Origin: Nanohaloarchaea archaeon B1-Br10_U2g1
GTDB taxonomy: Archaea; Nanohalarchaeota; Nanosalinia; Nanosalinales; Nanosalinaceae
Direction of reading: 5' to 3'
Assembly (NCBI GenBank): GCA_001563875.1
Contig: LKMN01000015.1
Location: 1-18,291, forward strand
DNA length: 18,291 bases
Shown piece by piece: positions 1-8,482 of the stretch. The position numbers and the translations under genes were made by a program. The number at the start of each line of letters is the position of its first letter. Position 1 is the stretch's first letter. The notes beneath the pieces were generated by a model. The model saw nothing but the letters and a program-made list of their open reading frames with translations. It was not told the DNA's origin and did no database searches.

Positions 1-2
1 AT

Positions 3-596
3 GAGCTCGGATCAACGTTAAGGCTAGAAGACGACGGCAGTGTGCCGGACGATAACCCTTTCGTTAACGAATCTAATGTAAAAGACTCTATATACAGTTA
101 CGGTCATAGAAACGTTCAGGGAATGACTGTTCATCCGGAGACCGGAGATATTTGGCAGAGTGAACACGGTGAAGAAGACGGTGACGAGATAAATATTCTT
201 GAATCGGGGAACTATGGCTGGCCTATAACGCATACGGGCTGTGAGTATGGTACGGATGAACCGGTTGCTGAAGATCCACAGGGTAACCCTGATGTGCACA
301 ATCCGGTGTACTACTGGGAGTGTAACACGGGAGGGTTCCCGCCTGCAGGCATGACCTTCTACGCTGGAGATGTGTTCCAAGAGTGGGAGGGAGATCTGTT
401 TGTAGGTAACCTTGCAGGACAGTACTTGGGACATTTTGAAGTTGATGGTACAGATGTAGAAGAGAAAGAGCCTCTCCTTGATGGACAGGACTGGCGTGTA
501 AGAGATGTTGAGGTAGAGGAGGAAGCAGGATATGTCTATGTTCTTGTAGATGGAGAGGACGTACCTTTAGTACGGTTAGAACCGACAACAAGCTAA
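3..596 (+). CDS. PQQ-dependent glucose/sorbosone (aldose sugar) dehydrogenase family, C-terminal part; 5'-truncated by the window edge
   Basis: Frame is open back to position 3 (ELGSTLRLEDDGSVPDDNPF...). Family motifs: GSVPxDNPF, YSYGHRNVQG, EHG..GDEIN, GNYGWP, GDLFVG, RVRDV. Confidence 0.9.
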   Translation, partial: ELGSTLRLEDDGSVPDDNPFVNESNVKDSIYSYGHRNVQGMTVHPETGDIWQSEHGEEDGDEINILESGNYGWPITHTGCEYGTDEPVAEDPQGNPDVHNPVYYWECNTGGFPPAGMTFYAGDVFQEWEGDLFVGNLAGQYLGHFEVDGTDVEEKEPLLDGQDWRVRDVEVEEEAGYVYVLVDGEDVPLVRLEPTTS

Positions 597-674
597 GAGG
601 TTTTATAACCAGCTATCCAAAATTTTCTACTACAACCAATGCTGATAAGTATAGAGGACAGGTCTTGGCTTAAT

Positions 675-1199
675 ATGGCTGAAGGAGAGGAGGTTATCTG
701 GTCATGTCATCCAACAGTTCTGATGTATCTCCCTAATATCCTTCTAGGCTCTATAGCTGCCGTAATAGGTATGATGGTCTACTTCTCCGGATACTGGCAG
801 GGACTTAATATAGGGGGTGCGGCCTATACACCTCTGGTTCTGACTCTGGCAGGAACGTTATACATACTATACCAACTACTGCTTAGACAGTCAATCTACT
901 ATGTTGCTACCACTAAGAAAGTTGTCAGAAAGGACGGAATAGTGAGAAGGTACAGAAACCCGGTCAACTACACAAGGATATCAAATATGAAAGCACGCGA
1001 GTCGGTGCTAGAACGGATAGTGTCTTTCATAGTTCCAAAACAGGAAATCGGAGATATACTGATTCACACTTCTGACGACAACCTAGGTGACCTGAAGTTT
1101 GAGAAGGTTGGATCGGTTCAAACCGGTTTACAGACTATACAGGAGCAGCTTAACAGCTCTCAACATTATAGATCTGCTTCAGAACAAAGACAGTCTTAG
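675..1199 (+). CDS. PH-domain (bPH_2/YdbS-like) membrane protein
   Basis: GEEVIW..HP start, two TM helices, then YxxTxxxVxxxxG...I..++....+.ER+...GD+.I.T pattern of bacterial PH domains. ATG675 preferred (AT-rich box about 25 nt upstream); ATG639 is the alternative. Confidence 0.75.
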   Translation: MAEGEEVIWSCHPTVLMYLPNILLGSIAAVIGMMVYFSGYWQGLNIGGAAYTPLVLTLAGTLYILYQLLLRQSIYYVATTKKVVRKDGIVRRYRNPVNYTRISNMKARESVLERIVSFIVPKQEIGDILIHTSDDNLGDLKFEKVGSVQTGLQTIQEQLNSSQHYRSASEQRQS

Positions 1200-1219
1200 A
1201 AAATAAAAATAGAAGAGGT

Positions 1220-1615
1220 TTAGTAGTTCTCTATCTCCATCTTGAGAATGACTCCAACTGTAAACACTGCGGCCACAACATGGGTCAGTGAAAGCATCGC
1301 AATCTCTTCCATCCCTGCTCCTGCTTCTGTAGGAGCTTCATAGATAACCGTTACAAACGAGAAGATCATCACTGTTGCTGCCACGTACAGAAAGTTTTCG
1401 TAGGGCTTCTCTGAATAAGTTTTCAGAATCTCGAAAACCGCGTAACCTCCTAGCGCACCTATAGCGGTGAAAAGCGCTACAGGACCGTAAGTAAGAGGCA
1501 TGAACTGTGTTGAAGTACTTAGTATCTCGATAGAGTAGACAACCACTAGAAGATTCGCTAATACTGCAGCAGTCGCTGCTGCAACAGGCTTCCTCCAGTC
1601 GAACTCTATATCCAT
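1220..1615 (-). CDS. Small 4-TM membrane protein (DUF6069-like)
   Basis: Four hydrophobic segments with PLTYGPV, SxKPYxxF, SFxT and C-terminal THVVAA; resembles haloarchaeal DUF6069 proteins from memory. ATG at 1615 with TATATCAA at 1645-1638. Confidence 0.6.
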   Translation of the reverse strand: MDIEFDWRKPVAAATAAVLANLLVVVYSIEILSTSTQFMPLTYGPVALFTAIGALGGYAVFEILKTYSEKPYENFLYVAATVMIFSFVTVIYEAPTEAGAGMEEIAMLSLTHVVAAVFTVGVILKMEIENY

Positions 1616-1670
1616 AAACAAACATTAGTGAACGTGGTTGATATAGGTTCGGCGAAAGAAAATATCTCTA

Positions 1671-3863
1671 TCAGATATCTGTAGATTTGAGGCGCGCAGA
1701 ATTGGTAATGACCGATATACTTGAGGTAAACATCGCTGTTACTGCAATTAATGGGTGTAGAAGCCCCAGGAAGGCTATTGGTATGGCTAAGGTGTTGTAT
1801 ATGAACGCCCAAAAGAGGTTGTGTTTGATTTTGAGATAAATCTTCTCTGACAGTCTAAACGACTTTAAGAGAGAATTCAAACTTCCCTGAACAAGATTGA
1901 CGTCGCTTGACTCGACAGCTATATCGGTACCTGTTCCTATTGCTACACCTATATTTGCCTGTTTAAGAGCTGGTGCGTCGTTTATCCCGTCTCCTACCAT
2001 GGCTACGTTCTTTCCTTGAGTTTGAAGCTGTTCAACTTTCTGTATTTTGTCTTGAGGAAGGACTTCTGCTATAACGTTTTCGATGCCCACCTCACTTGCT
2101 ATTGCTTCGGCAGTCTTTTCATTATCTCCTGTAAGCATCCATATTTCAATCCCTCGATCTTTCAAATTTGAAATAGCTTCTGCTGAGTCTTCTTTTAGTG
2201 TATCTGCTACTGCTACTAATCCAACAACTTTTTCACTGTCTGCTACATATATAGCGGTCTTACCTTGTTGTTCGAATTCTTCTGCATCTTTAACATAGTC
2301 TGTCTGGATTTCATGGTCTCTCAAAAGCTTTCTGTTACCGACAAATATCTCTCTTCCATCTATATCGGCTTTGACTCCTTTCCCTGTGAAGCTACTGAAA
2401 TTTTTCGGTCGGGTGAGCTCTAGACCTTCTTCTTCCGCTTTTTCAGTCACTGACCTTCCTAGAGGGTGTTCGCTACCTTTCTCTACTGATGTGGCCAGTC
2501 TCAACACTTCTTTTCTATTCTCTCCTAGAATATTAGTTACTTCGGGTTTACCTCTAGTTATAGTCCCTGTCTTGTCCATAACCAGTGTATCTATCTCTTT
2601 CATGGTTTGGATAGCCTCGCCGTCACGAAATATTATTCCGTTTTGTGCGGCTTTCCCGGTTCCAGCCATCAAGGCGGTTGGTGTAGCTAGTCCTAAGGCA
2701 CAAGGACAGGATATAACTAGAACTGCTACGGCTGCAAATACTGCGAGTGTTAAAGGATCATGCGCCAGATCTACCCAGGGAAGATAGGGTTCAACCATGC
2801 TTGTCAGACTAATCATTGTATCTGTAAGTAGGAACCATGCTAGGAACGAAATAACTGAGAGCGTGATTACTGCGGGTACGAAGTAGTGTGTTGCTCTGTC
2901 AGCCAGGCTTTGTATTGGTACTTTCGATCCTTGCGCTTCCTCTACAAGCTCGGCGACCTGTGAAAGGAACGTATTTTCGCCAGTATTAACTACTTCTATC
3001 TTTATCAGTCCTGTCTGATTGACTGTTGAGCCTATGACCTTGTCACCCTGCTGTTTTGTAACTGGTTGGGGCTCTCCTGTAGCCATTGATTCATCGACGC
3101 TGGTCTTTCCATCTACTACTTTGCCGTCGGCAGGTATCTTCTCCCCTGGCTTCACAACTAATATGTCTCCTACTTCTATATCCTCAATATTCGCATTGAT
3201 CTCTTTTCCGTCTTTAAGCACGGTTGCGGTTTCTGCTCTCATAGAAAGGAGGTCTTTTACTGCGGAACTTGCCTTGCCTTTTGCCTTGTTCTCTAAGTAC
3301 GTTCCTACGAGGTGTGAGGCCATTATCATAGCTCCGAGACCGGTATAGTTCTGTATGCTGGTGAAGAAAACTAGGAATCCTGTGGAGTATGCTGCTAAGG
3401 TGCCTAGCGTAATCAGCGCGTCCATATTGAAATTTCCGTGTCTGGCCGCCTTGAGAGCAGATATATGGGTGTAACGGCCGTAATACAGTACTACAGGAGT
3501 AGCAAATATCAACATAAGTATATTCAGCTGTAGTTCTGTGGACAGATTAATAGAGGTCCACATCTCTAACATTAGAAAGACTATAGGGGAGGTTGCTATC
3601 CAGGCTTTTACAGCTTCTCTTCTGTAGTTGATATCCTTTTCTGTTTCGTCATCTTCATCTAGTACGGAGTAGCCTTCGTTTTCAACTGCCTTGATAAGCT
3701 TTGACCGTTTTACACCTTTTTTGTGTTTCACTATGGCCTTGTCTTCTCCATAGTTTACCTTGATGTCTTCAACGCCTTTAACCTGGTCTAAACCGTTCTC
3801 GATACTGGATGCACAAGATGTGCAGTGCATGTCTTTGATCTCCAGCTCTGTTTTCTCGGTCAT
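1671..3863 (-). CDS. copA: Copper-translocating P1B-type ATPase (CopA-like)
   Basis: N-terminal HMA domain MHCTSC, TGEP actuator motif, [17 protein letters not shown] phosphorylation site, HP motif, [11 protein letters not shown], and YN / MxxSS Cu(I) signatures. Confidence 0.95.
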   Translation of the reverse strand: MTEKTELEIKDMHCTSCASSIENGLDQVKGVEDIKVNYGEDKAIVKHKKGVKRSKLIKAVENEGYSVLDEDDETEKDINYRREAVKAWIATSPIVFLMLEMWTSINLSTELQLNILMLIFATPVVLYYGRYTHISALKAARHGNFNMDALITLGTLAAYSTGFLVFFTSIQNYTGLGAMIMASHLVGTYLENKAKGKASSAVKDLLSMRAETATVLKDGKEINANIEDIEVGDILVVKPGEKIPADGKVVDGKTSVDESMATGEPQPVTKQQGDKVIGSTVNQTGLIKIEVVNTGENTFLSQVAELVEEAQGSKVPIQSLADRATHYFVPAVITLSVISFLAWFLLTDTMISLTSMVEPYLPWVDLAHDPLTLAVFAAVAVLVISCPCALGLATPTALMAGTGKAAQNGIIFRDGEAIQTMKEIDTLVMDKTGTITRGKPEVTNILGENRKEVLRLATSVEKGSEHPLGRSVTEKAEEEGLELTRPKNFSSFTGKGVKADIDGREIFVGNRKLLRDHEIQTDYVKDAEEFEQQGKTAIYVADSEKVVGLVAVADTLKEDSAEAISNLKDRGIEIWMLTGDNEKTAEAIASEVGIENVIAEVLPQDKIQKVEQLQTQGKNVAMVGDGINDAPALKQANIGVAIGTGTDIAVESSDVNLVQGSLNSLLKSFRLSEKIYLKIKHNLFWAFIYNTLAIPIAFLGLLHPLIAVTAMFTSSISVITNSARLKSTDI

Positions 3864-3894
3864 CTAAAAGCCCTAGTTTCTCTAACTGTCTGCT

Positions 3895-3905
3895 GTCTTA
3901 AGACT
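3895..3905 (-). promoter_or_regulatory. Putative copA TATA box embedded in the inverted repeat GTCTT-A-AAGAC
   Basis: TTTAAG on the minus strand at 3903-3898, 35-40 nt upstream of the copA ATG, overlapped by a perfect 5-bp inverted repeat. Confidence 0.35.
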
Positions 3906-3924
3906 GTATCGGAATTTATTCTTG

Positions 3925-4434
3925 TCATTCATTTTTTGAGCTGTTTTTTCTCCATTCGTAGGCACCATTCATCAGTATACGGGTGGCGTCTTTCTCATAG
4001 TACCAGCTGTCGTTCTGTTCTAGCATCTCTCTGATAAGATCTTCTATATCGGGTTCTCCAAAACAGTTCTGGGTGTGTTTTATAGCTGCTTCGGATACTG
4101 CTGCGCCGTAATGATTTAGAAAAGTTTCTTCTACATTGAACTCTCCGGAGTAGCCGTTGCACTGTTCGTTTTTCTTTTTGCTGTAATGTTGTGCTAGACT
4201 GTCGATGTCGGCTTTTAATGCGCCGAAGTCGTTAGGGCTGAGAAACTTTTCTATCTCCTCACAGTACCTCTCCACTGTTAAATAATCAAACTGCTCTTCT
4301 AGAGATTTATTCTTTGTTCTAGCTGCTTCAGTATCTTCTTTAATTGTTTCAAGCACTTTTTGATCTAATCTTTCTGTATAGTAATCTTCTATACCTTCAA
4401 AAATCATATGGTTCTTGTATCTTTCTTCAACCAC
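3925..4434 (-). CDS. Hypothetical acidic helical protein with Cys/His pattern; possible metal sensor (start GTG4434 or ATG4407)
   Basis: 169-aa ORF with halophilic composition, TATA-like boxes upstream of both candidate starts, and C58, H83, C92, H108, H120, C124. Confidence 0.75.
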   Translation of the reverse strand: MVEERYKNHMIFEGIEDYYTERLDQKVLETIKEDTEAARTKNKSLEEQFDYLTVERYCEEIEKFLSPNDFGALKADIDSLAQHYSKKKNEQCNGYSGEFNVEETFLNHYGAAVSEAAIKHTQNCFGEPDIEDLIREMLEQNDSWYYEKDATRILMNGAYEWRKNSSKNE

Positions 4435-4548
4435 GTTAAAAATTGTTCTGTGATTACATTAATAAATAAAATCTATGTAGTCGACAACAATAATTTTCAA
4501 TACTGCTCAAAGAATCTTAAAACAGTTTAGCTCTTTATAAAGGTATTT

Positions 4549-5484
4549 TTAGTTGTTCAGAATGCCTTCAGCGTTGTAAGGTGTTATTTCGTGACTCTTT
4601 AAAAACTCTTCTCCGGATTTAAAACGGTTTTCGCTATTGTCTGAGAACATGGTGCTGCTGTATTCTCCCAGATCGTCCACGACAATCGAGCCTTTTTTCT
4701 CATCGTAAGCAAGAGAGTCAACAAGTGTTTTAGAACTGTATGAAGGTATACCTTCTTCCATCACTGCTTCTTTTGGATGGAAACTTTCCTTCAGGTAGAT
4801 GTCTCTGCTTCTGTCTCCTAAAAGTCTCTCGTCGTTCCAGAGAGCTTCTAAAAAGTCTTGCAGAATATAGTTTCCGTCTCTGCCCTCTGCGGTATAAGGT
4901 CTCTCGTTGAAACTGGAGACTCTTCTGCCTTGAATAGCGCCGCCCCCGATCTCTCTATCAATGACAACATCGTAGTTTCCAAGCAGTTTCTTCCAGGCCA
5001 CACCGGGTTCGGCTGTAGCAATCTCTCCTTGGCGTTTAAGCCTATCGAGCTCTACGGTGTAGTCGACTATATCTTCCCAGTTCTCTTCAAGTACGTCTTT
5101 TGATAAGTCGCTGATAGGTGCGAGATGCGGATTGTAGTCTCCTACTATCAGAGGATATCTCTCTCCGTCTATGTGAGTATGTGATGTTTCGAAGTCCGCG
5201 GCTGTTGAAAGTCCGTTCTCTTCATAAATCTGGCTGTTGTGTTTCCAGACCGCCACCTGTGTATCTAAGTCGTCTATATCATCATTTACGGGGTTGGGCA
5301 ACATCGCTATATCGGAGTTGTTGGCGTACAAGACCTTGTAGTTACCTTGTCTAGGAAGTCTTTCGAAGTGTCTGTTTTCTATCTCTACTGTATCGGGAAG
5401 TACTTCTGTATAGGTAGGTCTAGGTTTGTCTTCTTCAGTCTCTCCCTTCAGTATTGTTTTTATACTGTCTAAGCTGCTGACCAT
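4549..5484 (-). CDS. Hypothetical acidic protein; possible degenerate protein-kinase-like fold
   Basis: 311-aa ORF with acidic composition filling the gap. Kinase-like elements: QGNYKVLY, LIVGDY, IVVDDLGE. Confidence 0.8.
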   Translation of the reverse strand: MVSSLDSIKTILKGETEEDKPRPTYTEVLPDTVEIENRHFERLPRQGNYKVLYANNSDIAMLPNPVNDDIDDLDTQVAVWKHNSQIYEENGLSTAADFETSHTHIDGERYPLIVGDYNPHLAPISDLSKDVLEENWEDIVDYTVELDRLKRQGEIATAEPGVAWKKLLGNYDVVIDREIGGGAIQGRRVSSFNERPYTAEGRDGNYILQDFLEALWNDERLLGDRSRDIYLKESFHPKEAVMEEGIPSYSSKTLVDSLAYDEKKGSIVVDDLGEYSSTMFSDNSENRFKSGEEFLKSHEITPYNAEGILNN

Positions 5485-5640
5485 TTCTTACTCTTAGATA
5501 CTAAAAATGGACAATAACATTAAAAATCTATCTATCGAATACAATTGTTCGAGTATATATTTATCGGGCGGCTACCTGAAAAACCAATGTTCTGATGATC
5601 TATAACTTTGATTAATAAGCAAAGAGTCCTAATTATACGT

Positions 5641-6006
5641 ATGGATTCTCTAGAGGTACATGGAAGTCTTATTGTTCGTGAAAGCAAAATTCTGATGAGT
5701 TTCAGCGAGGAAGAAGAGGTATGGATCTTTCCGCAAGGAAAATGTGAGCGAGGAGAACTGGGCGCAGATACTGCTGAAAGGATTGCGGAGGAGTTTACAG
5801 ACTGTCCAAGCCAGGTCACCAAGTACCGTAAAAGACTCAAGACCAAAGTTGTTGAGGAAGAGGTAGATCTTACATGGCAGCCTTACCAGGTTGAGATAGA
5901 AGGGGAGCCAGAAAAAGGAGAATGGGTGCCTCTAGACAGTTTAAAGGAAAAGGAGACTGCTCCGCATATAACAGAGATTAAAGAAAAAATTGTTAAACGC
6001 CTTTAA
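5641..6006 (+). CDS. Nudix-fold protein with degenerate Nudix box
   Basis: LIVRESKILM...WIFPQGKCERGE-x7-R matches the entry to the Nudix box; EWVPLDSL matches the C-terminal W motif. TTAATAAG at 5612-5619 supports ATG5641. The 3' end overlaps the convergent dhs by 14 nt. Confidence 0.75.
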   Translation: MDSLEVHGSLIVRESKILMSFSEEEEVWIFPQGKCERGELGADTAERIAEEFTDCPSQVTKYRKRLKTKVVEEEVDLTWQPYQVEIEGEPEKGEWVPLDSLKEKETAPHITEIKEKIVKRL

Positions 6007-6976
6007 ACGCTGCAGCAACAATTAAAGGAAATACTAAAGTAGCTTCAGCCTCTATCTGTGTATAATTCTTTTCATCTTGTTTTATTTTGCCCCAAGAAAC
6101 AGCTTCTTTTGGAGGAGCTCCGGAAAGACTGCCGTCACCCTCCATACCTGTTGAAATATATACTGCATAATCTGTTCCGCCTCTGAAAAGATTGCTCATT
6201 ATAGCTTGATGTTTAGGCACACCATCACCCACACAGATAAGACCTGTTTTCTCAGCTTCAACAGATTCATGGATAAGGCTGTCCCAGTCGTCAAGGATTT
6301 CTATACCAATATCTGCGTCTTCTTCTTGACGGTAGTAGAACAGGAAGTCTCCTATCTCAGCGTCGATCAATGCTGGACAGAAAACAGGTATTTTATTTTC
6401 TGAGGCGTGTTTGAGAAAAGAGTCCGGATCATCCATTCTTCTACCGAGTTCCTCTGCGATTTCTGTAGGCGTTCTCATCTTCTTCTCTTCGAAGAAATCA
6501 GGGAAGAACTCGTCGTTAAGCCAAGACTCTAGCTTCACATAGCCATCAGACTCGACATAAATATTTCCTAACCTGTTAATACCTTCATCTCTAAGCTGCG
6601 CTTCATCTGCCTCCCATTCACCCATCTTGAACGGATGCATAGTCTTAATGACGTCTTCTGTTATGCTTCCAGAGGTAGTTATCATCACGTCTACGAATTC
6701 CTCTCTAGCTAAGTAGCTTATAGTTTCCCTCAGACCTGAAGAAACTATATTGGAGGTGAATGTAAGAAATATCTTCGCATCGTCTTCCTTCATTTTTTCT
6801 ATTATCTCTATAGCCTCCTTCAGATGTGTGGCCTGGAAACCAGTAGTTCCATAGCTTTCAAGCATCTCCGCGAGATTGAACTCGCCTCTGAAATCGTAAC
6901 CCTTCACCTCTTCTCCAACATGTTCTTTTTCTGTGCCTGGTATAACGTGGTCGCGGGTTTCATCCGGATCTGTCAT
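5993..6976 (-). CDS. dhs: Deoxyhypusine synthase
   Basis: TTGFQATHL, FTSNIVSSGLRE, INRLGN, PALxD..IGD, GVPKH, DGSLSGA and EAVSWGK with the catalytic Lys, EATLVFPL. Confidence 0.96.
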   Translation of the reverse strand: MTDPDETRDHVIPGTEKEHVGEEVKGYDFRGEFNLAEMLESYGTTGFQATHLKEAIEIIEKMKEDDAKIFLTFTSNIVSSGLRETISYLAREEFVDVMITTSGSITEDVIKTMHPFKMGEWEADEAQLRDEGINRLGNIYVESDGYVKLESWLNDEFFPDFFEEKKMRTPTEIAEELGRRMDDPDSFLKHASENKIPVFCPALIDAEIGDFLFYYRQEEDADIGIEILDDWDSLIHESVEAEKTGLICVGDGVPKHQAIMSNLFRGGTDYAVYISTGMEGDGSLSGAPPKEAVSWGKIKQDEKNYTQIEAEATLVFPLIVAAAFKGV

Positions 6977-7009
6977 AGTAACAACGGCGTGACCAACATT
7001 TAAACACGG

Positions 7010-7939
7010 TCAGGTAATATATCCGAAAAGCATGAGAAGCAGCCACACCAGATAGAGCGTTATTGAAAACCATTTTGTTCTCGTCCCTGAGTCTGCGCTG
7101 AAAGCTATAAATGCTGCGGTAACAGCAAAAGCAGATTTCTGAACAACCTCGTTAATAGGTATTCCCCCGGTGTAAAAAGCATCTATACAGAATCCTAGAG
7201 AGATCCCAAGAAAAACCGTCAAGAATCTTTCTATCCTATCATCGGTATTTTTTGTCCGGACAGCTAAGAGTAGTACACCTCCTACTAGAGTTACGTAAAG
7301 AGGGAAAGTTACGACGTAGGGATGAACCGTTAACAGTTCCGATAAGGCTATGCCTAAGAATCTGGTAGCTAATATTATCCCTGGAAACGCCAAAAACATT
7401 TTTACTTTCTTACCAGGCATCAAAACAGCTAGAAGCGCTGATAAAATAACTATATTTTCTAAAGACGCCTTGTTTCCTGTTTCAGCTTCAAGCCCCTCGG
7501 AGCTGAGATCTTTCTTTACTTTGTTCATGGCATTCTCGTTACTTGTTACCTCGTGTCGGACGGTAAGCCAGTTAAAATGCTCGTAATGTGCTTGGCCTAA
7601 AGTATGGTCTGACCAAGGCGAGTTATAGAGCCGAATATGGTATCTGTTTCCGTGGTAGTTACCTTTCTCTAACTGTATATCCGAGGTTTTCCATCTTTCG
7701 TCGCCGGTAGTGTTGAAGTAGCTGTACCTATCTGTTCCAGAGGCATATCTCCAACCTCTGTCCATAAGATCGGTCTCTATATTTCTCTCGGATACGATGT
7801 TGAAATAGTTGGAAGGCTTTTCTAAAGACTTTTCAGGGCTGTAGTGTGTCCACACGGTCTCTTCTTCAAGTTCTATAAACTCTGCAGCGCCGTTAACAGT
7901 AATCAGTATGAAGAATAAAGCTGTTACTGCTCGCTTCAT
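7010..7939 (-). CDS. Exported/membrane protein: signal peptide, extracellular domain with LssY_C-like RYHIRLY motif, about 5 C-terminal TM helices
   Basis: MKR + hydrophobic signal; GW...RYHIRLY...QAHYEHFNW..RH; hydrophobic C-terminal half. Confidence 0.7.
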   Translation of the reverse strand: MKRAVTALFFILITVNGAAEFIELEEETVWTHYSPEKSLEKPSNYFNIVSERNIETDLMDRGWRYASGTDRYSYFNTTGDERWKTSDIQLEKGNYHGNRYHIRLYNSPWSDHTLGQAHYEHFNWLTVRHEVTSNENAMNKVKKDLSSEGLEAETGNKASLENIVILSALLAVLMPGKKVKMFLAFPGIILATRFLGIALSELLTVHPYVVTFPLYVTLVGGVLLLAVRTKNTDDRIERFLTVFLGISLGFCIDAFYTGGIPINEVVQKSAFAVTAAFIAFSADSGTRTKWFSITLYLVWLLLMLFGYIT

Positions 7940-8034
7940 AACTACGGATGAAGTTGGTAGAGCATGTTTTTATGCTGGCCTGGTTTGTGTCGTTGACTTA
8001 TTAAAGTTTAGAGATAAACAGTTTTTTTACTAAG

Positions 8035-8108
8035 GGCCGAATAGCTCAGCCTGGGAGAGCGCTGCACTGAAGATGCAGTTGTCCCCGGTTCAAATCCGGG
8101 TTCGGCCA
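8035..8108 (+). tRNA. tRNA-Phe(GAA), intron-less, CCA not encoded
   Basis: GGCCGAA/TTCGGCC acceptor stem, GCTC/GAGC D stem, CTGCA-CT-GAA-GA-TGCAG anticodon arm, CCCGG-TTCAAAT-CCGGG T arm; TTATTAAA at 7998-8005. Confidence 0.97.
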
Positions 8109-8182
8109 ATAGTTCTTTGCTGACTTCTTCTGTGTTGTGTAGTATCAAAAAACATAGAAATCGGGATTAATATTCTCCGGTT

Positions 8183-8482
8183 ATGACGAGCGGAAGTGCT
8201 AGGCCTGATAAGATACGTGAAGAGAGAAAGGAGATGGGCGGCGACCTCGGCTCAAAACAAGGTTTAGAGAGAAAATACTGTAGAAGCATGGTAAGAGGTC
8301 TTGGAGCGTCAGGCGTGGTTCTAGGGCTAGGTTACGATATAGGTACGGCAAACATTAGACGGCCTGTCTATTCCAAGGTTAAAGATGTCGAAGAAGCAGC
8401 TTACTCGATGGCAAGATCGGCTATAGAAAACCCTGAGACCACGCAGACTTTAACAGAAACAGTCAATAACTTAATTGGCTAG
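8183..8482 (+). CDS. Hypothetical small protein (start uncertain; ATG8234 alternative)
   Basis: 99-aa ORF fills an otherwise empty gap and its stop abuts the convergent gene's stop; Gly-rich hydrophobic stretch GLGASGVVLGLG. No family recognised. Confidence 0.5.
   Translation: MTSGSARPDKIREERKEMGGDLGSKQGLERKYCRSMVRGLGASGVVLGLGYDIGTANIRRPVYSKVKDVEEAAYSMARSAIENPETTQTLTETVNNLIG

Noticed and set aside
24-591. Minus-strand ORFs 24-434 and 223-591
   Set aside because: Antisense shadows of the sugar dehydrogenase with non-halophilic composition.
3065-3085. TGEP instead of TGES in CopA
   Set aside because: A common variant in P1B-ATPases; not evidence of inactivation.
2083-3348. Plus-strand ORFs inside copA, and similar Ser/Phe-rich antisense ORFs within dhs, the pilus genes, argS and the ureohydrolase
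   Set aside because: In-register antisense frames of acidic genes (GAA/GAT read as TTC/ATC); no independent coding signal.
5003-5013. 11-bp match (CCGGGTTCGGC) to the tRNA-Phe 3' end (8096-8106), suggesting an att site
   Set aside because: It is short, lies inside a CDS and upstream of the tRNA, the enclosed DNA includes housekeeping dhs, and there is no integrase; most likely chance.
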